DNA from: Nemertoderma westbladi
Lineage: Eukaryota > Animalia > Xenacoelomorpha
DNA length: 64,000 nucleotides
Direction of reading: 5' to 3'
NCBI GenBank assembly: GCA_032718475.1
Contig: JAUCBJ010008176.1
Location: 21,263 to 85,262, forward strand
In this document: one piece after another, positions 63,898-64,000 of the stretch
Layout: each line of letters begins with the position of its first letter
How positions within the stretch are numbered: position 1 is the first letter of the stretch
Notes under the pieces: model-generated
The model's input: only the letters and a program-made list of their open reading frames with translations
What the model was told of the DNA's origin: nothing
Database searches by the model: none
Made by a program: the position numbers and the translations under genes

Positions 63898-64000
63898 TCC
63901 GACGGATTCGTGCAAACAACCCACAGGGCCGACGGATATCGTGTGATATCATGTGAACAACCATGGATCCGACGGATATCGTGTGAACAACCACGGATCC
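63898..64000. repeat. Start of another approximately 30-bp tandem repeat (CCGACGGATATCGTG...AACAACC), cut by the window edge
   Basis: Three degenerate copies visible. Confidence 0.6.

Overview
Animal (probably invertebrate) genomic DNA, not prokaryotic. About two thirds of the window is tandem repeat, so most ORFs in the track are repeat artefacts. One gene is well supported: a minus-strand, intron-containing CREBRF/REPTOR-type bZIP transcription factor. Its five coding exons (26995 down to 17864) have canonical GT-AG junctions and consistent phases, and encode a long polyQ tract, an acidic region, several RxRxxS motifs and the bZIP. Its 3' end is unresolved. A lone plus-strand 77-nt exon (5501-5577) resembling hnRNP L/PTB-type RRM4 sits inside a 10-kb GGGAAT satellite. 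Mobile DNA includes a young 5'-truncated LINE with a 14-bp TSD, a hAT-type MITE, MULE-like MITEs, a tRNA-derived SINE head and a Penelope-like remnant with a hammerhead-like core. The most unusual observation is that two adjacent satellites are amplified copies of real exon-end/5' splice-site junctions. The 50-bp unit next to the CREBRF bZIP exon carries an AATAAA, a stop codon and a GTGAGT donor in most copies.
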